A DNA stretch of 64,000 nucleotides. Origin: Octopus sinensis (lineage: Eukaryota). Made by a program: the position numbers and the translations under genes. Positions 52,161 through 64,000 of this stretch are shown here, piece after piece (position 1 is the stretch's first letter; every line of letters starts with the position of its first letter). Where the stretch lies: contig NC_042999.1 in NCBI RefSeq assembly GCF_006345805.1, positions 6,944,001 to 7,008,000 on the forward strand. The letters are read 5' to 3'. The notes beneath the pieces are model-generated. The model searched no databases. It had not been told where the DNA came from and worked only from the letters and a program-made list of their open reading frames with translations.

Positions 52161-53067
52161 AGTATCTGACATATGTTAGATACCAAAAATATCTCAAAGT
52201 GTTCTCACTCACATGTGTGTAATAAACTTACAATGACCTCGGAAATTTATACGCAACGACTGCCTCTCTAACAAAGTTTCAAAACTTCTAGAATACACCT
52301 CGTCACACTCTCTCACTCACTCCCTCTCTCTCTCACTCCCTCTCTAGTGATCGATAGTGCAATACCCTAACAACCAGACACACGCCTTCATGCACACACA
52401 CACACACACACACACGCCTCTATGCTGTTTTCTTTTTAGTGATGCTCTCGTAATATTTGGAGTATGTTTAAGCTGAACAAACTAACAATAAGTCTTGCAG
52501 CTGCCAACACATATTTAAAACGGTTCTGAGTTTTCCACGGAAACGTTTTCAAAAGTGGATATTAAAAAAATATGAAATATATAGATATCACTAACGACTG
52601 TACAAACAATGGAAATACATAAATGCATAAAAGAACAGGAACTCTGACAATGTTCTTTTCTTAATGTATAAAGAGTGTAATTGTGAAATAGTACAATATA
52701 TATATATATTGATGTGCGAATATAAGTCAACATATACTAATCGCATAAGCTTAAAATATTATTTATCTCTTTTTAACAACATACTTTAAGAACTGTCAAA
52801 TGATTAAAAGCAAAATTTATCTGTGGAACGTATGAGTATTCTCAAAACATAATTCCGTCATCAAAGACAAAATTTTCAAAAGGAAAAATAAATACATGGA
52901 CCATTTGCAAATTCTCTGAAATCAAAAACATTAACCCATCATCCTAACTATTCTGCAATTCGTAAAAATTGCAATGAACCAGGATAAAAATCCATTGGGA
53001 ATTATGTCCTGCAATAAGATATCATTTCTTTCAATGACTTCCGCAAAACTAACATCTAATTATAATA

Positions 53068-53460
53068 TTAGTTTCAAATTTTGGTACAAGGCCCGCAATT
53101 TCGAGGGAGAGGAGAAGTCGATTATATCAACCCCTGTGATCAACTGAGACTTGATTTATCGACACCGAAAGGATGAAAAGTAAAGCTGACCTCGGCGGAA
53201 TTTGAACTCAGAACGAAAAGACGAACAAAATACCTATTTCTTTACTACCCACAAGGGGCTAAACACAGGAGGGACAAACAAGGACAGACAAACGGATCAA
53301 GTCGATTATATCGACCCAAGTGATCAACTGAGACTTGATTTATCGACACCGAAAGGATGAAAAGTAAAGCTGACCTCGGCGGAATTTGAACTCAGAACGT
53401 AAAGACGAACGAAATGCCGCCGATCATTTTGTTGGGTAAGCTAACGAGTCTACCCGTTCG
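53068..53460 (-). mobile_element. SINE family 1 dimer: body-A, body-B
   Basis: Junction CCTATTTC near 53233; the two bodies share private variants. Confidence 0.88.
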
Positions 53461-54259
53461 TAGAATCGTTAGCCAGTCTGTCGAACTATTAGGAACTTTT
53501 CACTCACCGAAATCTAAAGTATTCAACCATTTTCCTAGTACACACGAGAAGCCTTTTACTACATTCCGTAGGCAGCTTGAGTCTTTTTTGTCGTGCAATA
53601 CTTTCTGATTGGTTACATTCATTTGCTCTGGCGTCTATGTTTTAAGTAAAGTATATTTTACTCACATTAAACGCGAATACTTCTTTTTATCACCAAAGAT
53701 TGATTTCTAAGTCTTGTTTTTCTGCAAGAAATTAATGCAATAATATAAGATTGAATCTTTAATCAGAATCCATTTAAAATCAACAGAGTTAATTACAACT
53801 TTGTAATAACACAGCAATTCTGTTTCGTGTGAAATACAAGATTGAGACGAATTGAAACTGTTTTCATTTTAGAATCACTGTTTATAAGAAATTTTGAAGA
53901 AGGATTCTACAAAGGCAACAACCATCCTCGCTCCAACTCCAAAAACTACCTTTAAATAACGCATATCTCTATACGAATATCACATCTCATTCATATATAT
54001 TGCTCTGTAACAATACTCCCTACCAAACCCTCCCCATTTCATCTTTCTTATCCATATCACAACAATATCGCTAATTAAATGTTTAAAACTTCTTCGACAA
54101 TTGGCCTCATGAGCTGGTACGTGTAAATCTACAAATGACCTAAGCGACTCTGCTTAAGCACAATTATGTATATGTATGTATGTATGTATGTATGTTTGTA
54201 TGTATGTATGTATGTATGTATGTATGTATGTATGTATGTATGTATGTATGTATGTATGT

Positions 54260-54615
54260 CTGTGCAAGACCTTGCCTCAGTAAAGCTGGACTCATGAGTC
54301 ATCTTCGTAGTTATAAAACGAGACAAATGAGTGACAACATGGCCACTGGTGGTGGTGTAACACACCATACTAATCATATCTGTCGGGCATGTGGAAGAGA
54401 GAGTAATTTGGCAGGAGGACTTAAACGACACGCAAAGGTACATGAAGCCCAGTTACAACTACCGGCTATTACCGTTAAAGGTCTTAGTTGCCAATTCTGT
54501 ACAAGACATTGTAGATCTTTAGCTGGGCTAAAAAGTCACATTCGATCACCGCACCAGTAACAGTTAAACTTCGTGCAATGGCCATACTCAATAACGAGGG
54601 GGCAGCCACAATAAC
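54260..54615 (+). mobile_element. RTE-like LINE 3' end encoding C2H2-like fingers
   Basis: CARPCLSKAGLMSHLRS / CRACGRESNLAGGLKRHAKVH / CQFCTRHCRSLAGLKSHIRSPH*; no TGEKP linkers; short 3' UTR; (TATG)n on both sides. Confidence 0.65.
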
Positions 54616-54628
54616 GTATGTATGTATG

Positions 54629-54745
54629 TCTCTTCTATTTCTCATTTATTATAAATCTTCCACTGAGGAGGGAGCTGGTTTCCAACAAAGATTCAAGGTT
54701 CCATCTTTGGGATGTAGTTAACACAGACAAATTCACATTCGGAAC
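54629..54745 (-). repeat. Short repeat with (CATA)n tail
   Basis: Homologous to 18697-18830. Confidence 0.7.
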
Positions 54746-55309
54746 TTGAGAAAAGTCTTGCATATTTTTATTGTTCCACTCACAGATTGCGCTTGTAATG
54801 TAAAGATTAGCCGGTTTGTTTCTCTTCTGAAAATCTCAGTTTATTCCAGTTTATCCTTTAAGAATTTACTAACAAAACTTAGTGCTCCAATTATTATTGG
54901 TATAATCCTTAAATCCTTAAAAATGTTTTAGCCCGAAGGCCGCGGCCATGCTGGGGCACCACCGCTGTATAGATATGTATAGATATGAATTCACTATCTG
55001 GATATCGAAGCTGGAGGTTTCGGAGAAGTTGTCCATAGATATCCTCTTTTTCTTTGATTTTCAAAGAGATACTTATATCTGTAGGGCAGCTAACCTCTAT
55101 CATGGTGCATACCTTTGCCCCCCACCCACTCTGTCTCAAACAAAAATATCCAGCCTGTTATGCTTACATTTGACAGAAGTTTTGATGGGAATATTCCCCC
55201 AGTATTCCTTCGGTTGTTGTTGATTGGTGTGAATATGAATTCATAGCCTGGATATAGAAGATGGAGCTTTCGAAAGAGTTGTCTACAGACTTCCTCTTTT
55301 TTTTAATGC

Positions 55310-55314
55310 ATCTG

Positions 55315-55403
<89 letters not shown>

Positions 55404-55412
55404 ATATCTATA

Positions 55413-55471
<59 letters not shown>

Positions 55472-55474
55472 ATA

Positions 55475-55525
<51 letters not shown>

Positions 55526-55546
55526 GGCTGTCTATCTATCTATCTA

Positions 55547-55600
<54 letters not shown>
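55310..55600. repeat. (TCTA)/(TCTG)n microsatellite
   Basis: Direct inspection. Confidence 0.95.
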
Positions 55601-55604
<4 letters not shown>

Positions 55605-55723
55605 AAAATAATATATATATATAGGTGCCCCAGCAAGGCCGCAGCCTCAGGGCTGAAACACATGAATATATATGTATATATATGTATATGCACACACATT
55701 AAAAATGTATATATATATACATA

Positions 55724-56540
55724 CAGGGTGCGATGGGTAAATTATTGCCATTTGATATTTTAAATTTCGCGCATGCGATTTGTTTTTTTTATTTTGTCGA
55801 CTACACAGTATAGTAGGGTCAGTTGGGCATCGTCTGTGAGAAAAAACCCTCACCATGATGCAATTCCAATGCGAAAATTTCAGAGTATTTGAGTGTCAAT
55901 TTGAGGTCAGTGCAATCTGGGACATGTACCAAGCGTAATAAAAATCGAACATCCAGTTAACATCATGGTATTTGGAATGGCCACTGGTGATGGCAACGCT
56001 ATGCCTCCATTCATCTTCCCACTCAATACGGAGGCCTTTCATCAAGTGCATGAAGGATGTAGTACTGTCCTGGATAGAGAGCGTGGCCGCTGGAAGACCC
56101 TATGTCTGGCAATAAGACTCTGTACCATGCCACACAAGCAAGAGAACCCAGTCATGGCTGTCAGATAATTTCTGCGACCGCATCCCCCCTAATATCAGGC
56201 CACCTAACTCTCCTAACTGCAACCCCCTTGTTTATTATATGTGGGGTGCAGTTGAACGAGAGACCAACAAAACTCCTTGTAACACCAAAAAGGAACTGAA
56301 GGCAAGGATTATGACAGCATTGACCAACTTAAACACGGTGATCTCCGGAAGAGTTGCAGGAGATTCCAAAGTCGTCTGGAGGCCATGGTTGAAGCCAATG
56401 GCGATTTTATTGAATATATTTACTCTTTAGTATTTCAAGATATTTTAATGAAACTTTAGTAAATATATCTGTTAAAATGAGATATCAGTGTTATTTTTAT
56501 TTTTGCGTAATTTAAACAATAGTTTATTCATCGCACCATC
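55724..56540 (+). mobile_element. Tc1/mariner-superfamily relic (maT/DD37D-like)
   Basis: IMVFGM..GNAMPPFIFP; YVWQ*DSVPCHTSKRTQSWL; PPNSPNCNPL..YMWGAVE; imperfect TIRs GGTGCGATG..TAAA; TA flanks. Confidence 0.75.
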
Positions 56541-56542
56541 TA

Positions 56543-56619
<77 letters not shown>

Positions 56620-58607
56620 GAGTACTGTTGTCTTAATGGATACGACATTTTACATAACGTTGGTACTTTCTATGCTGGAAGACACAACATACTATGAAAA
56701 GGCACAAAACTACAGTCAACAAAAAATAATGAGGGAACTAAAATCCATATTAAACCCATACAAAGCAGGGCTCACCGACAAAGAATATGATTATATGACC
56801 AATTTCACAAGTAAAACTAGCCAATTCTACGGTATACCTAAGATCCACAAAAGTGAAAAAATTAGCAACGCATTCAAGATAGCTACAGACAAAATAATTA
56901 AAGTCCCTAATCCTAATGACCTCAAATTGAGACCCATAATAGCAGGTCCCGCATGCGAAACCCACCGCCTCAGTAACTTTTTAGACACCCTGTTAAAACC
57001 ACTCCTCAAACATGTCAAAAGCTATATAAGGGACGACTTAGATATGCTCAATCACCTACCAAATACTATAAACAAAAACACCATACTGGTATCCTTCGAT
57101 GTAGTCAACCTCTACTCCAATATCCCCCACAACCTAGGACTAGAGGCAATCCAATTCTGGCTAGAGAATCACGCCAACGAACTACCACACACCGCATCAA
57201 AAAAGAATTTGTGATAGAAGGGGTTAAATTCATCCTGGAAAATAACTTCTTCGCCTTCAATGACAACTTCTACCGACAAAAATCGGGGACTGCGATGGGT
57301 ACACGAATGGCCCCCTCCTTGCCAACCTAGTCATAGGATACCTAGAGATCAGTCTGTATCGTAAGGTTCTAGAAAGATATGGCAGCCCTTTCTCCATCTA
57401 CATAGAAACAACTGGAAGAGATATCTAGATGACTGTTTCATCCTTTGGCATAAAAATATAGAAAAACTCATAGAATTCCAGAAAATTTTAAACGGACTGG
57501 ACGTAAACATCCAATTCACGATGGAATATAGCCAACAACAACTCCCCTTCCTCGATATCCTCATTAAGAAAGCTAATAATATAATAGAAACAGACATATA
57601 CTATAAGCCTACAGACTCTAAGCAATATCTTCCATTCAATTCATGCCACCCCAGACACACCAGGATGAATATCCCCTTCAATCTAGCAAAAAGGATATGC
57701 ACTATAGTCTCTAACGCAAACACCAGAGACACACGACTACAAGAACTAAAAGATACCCTAATCACCAGGAACTATCCACCTTCACTTATTGACAAGTGCA
57801 TTCAACGTGCCCTTCAACTTAACATCAAGGAACTGAGACATCCCAAATCAAAGAAAAACTTACAACCAAAATCCTTACCATACATCTCCACACACAACCC
57901 TCTCAATAACGAAGCCTTCGACACCATCCTCCACAACATACCCCTCCTAAAAAAAGACCACAGAATGAACACAATCCTCCAAACACACACGATCATAAAA
58001 AGCAAAAGACAGCCTAGATCCATGAAAAGTCTCCTTACACAAGCCCGAATTCACTCTTCAACACAGAAACCGACAGTAAAAAAATGTGGAAGACCCAATT
58101 GCGGGATATGCGACTATCTAATCGAGGGTTCTGAGTTCTCCTTCAAACAGGGACAACGGTTTACAGTGAAAAGCAACTTCACATGTGCTTCGGAGAACCT
58201 AATATACTCACTAACCTGCTCCGGGTGTCAAGAGCAGTACATAGGCCAAACAAAAAATGGTTTGCGTAAACGAATGGCCCTGCACAGATCCCAGATAAAA
58301 ATTCCCCAAAACAGAAAAATAGCTTTTAGCCAACACATAGATACTTGCGCCAACAAAAAACACCAAACTTCAGAATTTTCCCCCTCTACCAATTTAGGGA
58401 CGATACAACCTCGAGACAACGAATAAGTAAAGAAAATCTCTTTATTACAAAATACAAGCCACTTCTTAACGGGTCTACGACAAACAATTAATATACCTCA
58501 ACTTTAGAATAAAAGAAAAATATATATACACACACAAATACTACACTCCATAGAATCCATTACTAATCAGCCCCTTCATAGCTATACTTACACCCATTCA
58601 TTTTCTC

Positions 58608-58830
58608 CCTTCTCTGTTTTTTTCTTCTTCTTCTTCTTCCTCTTCTTCTTTATCATCATCATTATTATCATCATCGTCGTCATCATCATTACCACCATCT
58701 TCTCCTTCTCCTCCTTCTTCTTCTTCTTCATCATCATCATTATCATCATCATCGTCGTCATAATCATCACCACCATCACCATCATCGTCATCTTCTCCTT
58801 CTTCTTCTTCTTCTTCTTCTTCTTCTCCAC
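58608..58830. repeat. Compound (TTC)/(ATC)/(GTC)/(ACC)n tract in the PLE 3' region
   Basis: Direct inspection. Confidence 0.9.
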
Positions 58831-59175
58831 CCCCTGCCCCTAACTTTGTCACTAATGTTTTTTAGTATAACACCTACGCTAATTCTATAAACAAGCCTGT
58901 CAATATAAATATTCTCCTGAATTGAACTGAGACTGCCAGCCGCCACTGACCATTCAAAATACGACCATCAGGGCACTCCCAGATTCTCCCACCCCCCTTT
59001 CCTCACCAGCCTTCTTCCTCTACTACCCTACCAAGAACTCACAACTACCTCGAACACACAAGTGCAAACAAGGGAGTCAGAGAAAGGCAGAATGCCACTT
59101 AAATCTGAACACTACTATAGAAATATTCTTTTAAAAAAACTTTTCTTCTAATTTTTCTAAATTTATTTATTTAAT

Positions 59176-59223
59176 CGTTACAGTTGAAAAGGTCTCAAAA
59201 TGACCGAAACCGGTACTGAAATG
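59176..59223 (+). ncRNA. Hammerhead ribozyme motif, U3-A8 variant
   Basis: CAG-TTGAAAA-GGTC..GACC-GAA-ACCGGT-A-CTG; stem I extends as CGTTACAG/CTGAAATG with one mismatch. Confidence 0.55.
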
Positions 59224-59272
59224 TTCACTATAAAATTATTTTAGCATTTTCTATTTTTGACTTGTTTTTTCA

Positions 59273-59695
<423 letters not shown>

Positions 59696-59744
59696 TGTGG
59701 ATATATTTTTGAAGGTTATTACCTCAATTCAATTCACTCTCTGT

Positions 59745-59775
<31 letters not shown>

Positions 59776-60042
59776 CGCACACACAGAGCTTGTTTTATAC
59801 GTAGTGATATATAAAAATTGTCAAAAATTGATAAAAGGATGACGTCAATTCATTTAATTATTGTATCGAATATATCTTTCATAAATAATAGGTTGACTTG
59901 GAAAAATCGCCCCAAGTCAACTTAATCGATGCTTTGAACACATTGTCAACCTTTTATATACAAACATAAAAACATACAAAGTTACATACATACAGAGATA
60001 CATAGATAGATACACACACATACACACACACACACACACACC

Positions 60043-60076
<34 letters not shown>

Positions 60077-60719
60077 TGCATAGATACATATATTTGTATA
60101 TATATATATATATTTATATATTTACATATATTTCTTTGTATGTGCGCGTGTGTGTGTATAAAAATTGGATATCTGATATTGGAAAAAGCCGAACACACGA
60201 GTATTTATGAATTTGTTTTTATAGAATCCAATATTGAGAGAAAAACTACAGGATATTGTTTAAAATAGATAAATTCTTCAGAACTAAATGGTAATATCAG
60301 AAGTTTACAGGGAACATTGAATAATTGATGAGCAAATCGTTGACAATTAGTAGCGGTGTTGATAAACTGGATAGAACCAGACTAAGGACATCTGTGTTTG
60401 TAATGTCTTTAAGAGACATAAGCAGACGGATATGTGTGTCAAAGTGTACTGGAATCTAAGGCTAGCGAAAAATATTTAAAAGAATTGTTTTTATCTGATT
60501 TCAGAGTAAAAAGATAAGGACAAAATGGGAAAAAACTGAACAAAAACGAAAACAAAAGCCACAAAGAACAAATTGAATTATTGAGAAGAATAAATAATAT
60601 TCTTAAATACATTATTAAAGAAGGAAAAAATTATAGGTAAATAGGGTGGAACTTCAAGCACAATGGAAATGGAACTGTAATTTGAGATATCGTCCGTATC
60701 TAATATTATTATTATTATT

Positions 60720-61372
<653 letters not shown>

Positions 61373-61390
61373 TTATTATCATCATTATTT

Positions 61391-61588
61391 AGGTGGTGAG
61401 CTGGCAGAATCGCTAGCACGCCGGGCAAAATGTTTAGCGGCATTTTGTCCGTCTTTACGTTCTGAGTTCAAATTCTACTGAGGTCGACTTTGCCTTTCAT
61501 CATTTCAGGGTCGATAAAATAAATACCATCTGAGTACTGACTCATCCGGTCTCGCAAAATTGCTAGCCTTGTGGCAAAATTTGAAACC
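61391..61588 (+). mobile_element. SINE family 1, tail B
   Basis: Head, core and GCCTTGTGGCAAAATTTGAAAC tail. Confidence 0.85.
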
Positions 61589-61699
61589 GTAATTATCATT
61601 ATTTAAATCCGTTGCTCAGTATACAATATCGTGAGGTTGTTGATTAAAGATATTGTATCTACTGGGGGTTTGTACACTCTGTCAAGTCACAACAAGGAC

Positions 61700-61982
61700 C
61701 TCAGACAGACAGTACTTAATTGTTTTCAGTCGTATTTGCTTGCTTGTTCGTCTGTAGACAAGATATCTCAAGAACCGCAGAATGGATTCGAATGAAACTT
61801 TCAAGGATGTTTGGCCTCGTAACTGGCACGAACTGTTAGATTTTGGGATTGATCCAGTACCGGGCAAGGATCCCAGATTATTTTTCCGTTTTTTTTAACT
61901 TAATTTTTGAGAGCGGTAGGCTTATTCTAGTTTGTGAGAGCAGTCGAGTTTATTTCAGATATTCTCATTTTAAAAATCATCT
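61700..61982 (+). mobile_element. DINE-1/Helentron-like non-autonomous fragment
   Basis: GTTCGTCTGTAGACAAGATATCTCAAGAACC...GGATTCGAATGAAACTTT resembles the HINE core. Confidence 0.5.
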
Positions 61983-61988
61983 CCGGTT

Positions 61989-62170
61989 GGGCGCAATGCT
62001 TAGCGGTATTTCGTCCGCCTTTACGTTATGAGTTCAAATTCCTCCTAAGTCGACCTTGCCTTTCATCCTTTGGGAATCGATAAATTAAGTACCAGTGAAA
62101 CACTGTGGTCAATGTTATCGACTCATCCCTTCTACCAAATTCCAGGCCTTGTACCTATAATCGAAAGAAT
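61989..62170 (+). mobile_element. SINE family 1 fragment, tail B
   Basis: Core motifs and GGCCTTGTACC tail. Confidence 0.8.
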
Positions 62171-62419
62171 GATTATTAATATTATTATAATGGCCGCCAG
62201 CCGGGCAAGCCAGACTTGCCCTTGGCTCTCTACCTTTTGTAAATGAATCGAGCATAAATCACGGAAAACTGCTGTATTCAGTTTTGAAATTTGTACCATA
62301 CTCGAAAACGAGTTGTTTGGTTTTGATTGGTGAGTTTATTTTCGTACACCGTTCCCTATTTTGTGGGGGACATCTCGATCTGAATTTATTTCTGTAACGG
62401 AATTTATATTTTTCCCTTT

Positions 62420-62936
62420 ATGGAGAAAACATCAGACAATGCAGCAAAGCTTGTTTATGAGGGAAAGGGAGAGAGTGAGGAGCGTCAGCAGAATACATTG
62501 AAAGAGGGTGAGGGGGAAGCACGTTATGTCGTTGCTTTGAAAACAGACGACAGCAAAAATTTCAAAAATAACCATTTTGAAGATAAACAGAAACTGAAAA
62601 CTCTTAACAAAGAAAACAATGAAATCACCGCCATCAACACCAACAACAGAAACAAAGACAACAAATTTGAAGACGAACCAAATACGAAAAATTTTAACAA
62701 TGAAAACAATGGAATCACCACCACCACCACCACCAACAACAACACCAGCACCACCAGCACCACCAGCACCACCAGCACCACTGCCACCGTTATAAAAATT
62801 AAAAACAGCAACAGCAAATGACAAAAACAAACATTAACTACAGAAATAACAACACATCTTTTGCCAAAATTATTCAACAGACATGGGTGGGACTCTCGAC
62901 TGCGATTTGGGGAAAGATTTCTGAAAATGTTTGGTG
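62420..62936 (+). CDS. Candidate low-complexity coding segment
   Basis: 133-aa K/E/N/T-rich ORF after a pyrimidine tract; one extra A near 62800 would extend it to ...AKIIQQTWVGLSTAIWGKISENVW*. Confidence 0.3.
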
Positions 62937-62981
62937 AAACCTTAAAACCTAACTCTGCCACAAGGCGTAAAACACGAGATC

Positions 62982-63026
<45 letters not shown>

Positions 63027-63045
63027 CACACACACACACACACAC

Positions 63046-63255
63046 TGTGGCAGTTTCTGATCTTAACTGATTGGAAGTGTTATCATGTACATGTTTTTTG
63101 CCTTGGTGTAAAAGATGGGCTACAGCAAATATTCTGCACAATACTATAGATTTCCTTGTCAGTTACCTGATCAGTTAAGCATGTCACTTAGTGTTTGATG
63201 ATATTGGAATCTCTGATCACAAGCAAGAGTTGTGGGGGAATATCATAGCCATGCA
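63046..63255 (+). mobile_element. 556-bp element, partial copy 4
   Basis: Matches roughly positions 20-240 of copy 1. Confidence 0.8.
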
Positions 63256-63329
63256 CTCCACCTCCCAATCCCGGTCGATTTGGAGTTAGTAAATCTCTTG
63301 TCCACCGAGAATAGGTGTGAAAGCTTGTG

Positions 63330-63470
63330 GACCAGACACTCTGATCTCTGATTTCACCGATGGCCACCCCTTCCAGATCTAATGATCTAAGATCGTTGTG
63401 GTAGTGGCCCTGCTTTCAATCTGAGCCCAGGTCACGTGCATTAGCACTGCAATTTCTGAGCATAATCGAC
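63330..63470 (-). pseudogene. Possible L1/Tx1-type APE endonuclease N-terminal relic
   Basis: NCSANARDLGSD*KQGHYHNDLRSLDLEGVAIGEI resembles the N.RGL...K...D...QET start of APE domains. Confidence 0.35.
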
Positions 63471-63741
63471 AAGAGAGAAATTGGTGACTAAGAACCACTT
63501 GCCTTACTTTGCCTGTCTTCTCTTTGGGGGACATGAAATAAGTACCAGTTGAGCCCCAGAGATCAATGTAATCGACTTAACTTTTGCTGGCTTGAATCAA
63601 AAATTTGAACGAATTATTCTTCTAATGCCACTCGTTCAGCAGACACTAATTGCACCTCTGTATTTCCTGTTTATATGCAGTGTTATGATTTTCTGTTTAT
63701 TCTATTGGGTATAGAATGTGCCCTCATCATATGTGTTAAGT

Positions 63742-64000
63742 GTGAAGGCGTGTGGATCAGCAATTGGAGTATTCAGCTCACAATCGTAAGGTCACGAGTT
63801 CAATTCTTGGAGGCACGTTGTGTCCCTTGAATAAGACACCTTATTTGACATTGCTTCAGTCCATTCAGCTGACAAAATTGAGTTGTATCTGTAGTTCAAA
63901 GGGGGAAACCTTGCCCCCCATTCTGTGCCATGTTGAATGCCCCTGGGGACTAGATTAAATATACAAGTAACTATATAGTGCTCAGCCATTTTCACGTTAA
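63742..64000 (+). mobile_element. SINE family 4, running off the window
   Basis: Homologous to 28112-28440. Confidence 0.75.

Larger units (their letters stand above)
56617..59270 (+). mobile_element. Penelope-like element (RT plus GIY-YIG), Neptune-like
   Basis: LVSFDVVNLYSNIPH; GTAMGTRMAP; WKRYLDD; FLD; YYKPTDSKQYLPFNSCHP; CGRPNCGIC linker; NLIYSLTC...QYIGQT; four -1 frameshifts; (TA)n flanks. Confidence 0.92.

Noticed and set aside
54260-54560. Host C2H2-ZNF gene exon
   Set aside because: No TGEKP linkers, no acceptor site, LINE-like short tail and microsatellite flanks.
58588-58852. Poly-Asp/Glu and poly-Lys/Met ORFs
   Set aside because: Antisense readings of a trinucleotide tract in the PLE 3' region.

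Overview
AT-rich, microsatellite-dense animal genomic DNA. The SINE and short-repeat families look like those of octopus/coleoid cephalopods; this is an inference from recognition, not a database result. No host gene is established: there are only three weak exon candidates (27.7 kb, 30 kb, 62.4 kb). The window is dominated by mobile DNA: four 5'-truncated R4/Dong-like RT-RLE LINEs sitting in (TAA)n tracts, a 556-bp TAA-flanked element, a near-intact Penelope-like RT+GIY-YIG element in (TA)n, RTE and HERO LINE fragments, four tRNA-derived SINE families, Tc1/mariner relics, non-autonomous Helitrons and several fold-back elements. Main observations: (1) a Dong-like LINE apparently travelling with the 556-bp passenger, with an empty-site paralogue in the same window; (2) a SINE that appears to insert at GGTATT, including into itself, building 184-bp multimers; (3) several minimal hammerhead-ribozyme motifs, one with a U3-A8 core; (4) different retroelements occupying different microsatellite classes. 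Several reading frames break by single-base deletions in short runs, so assembly indel errors are possible. All coordinates and alignments were done by eye.
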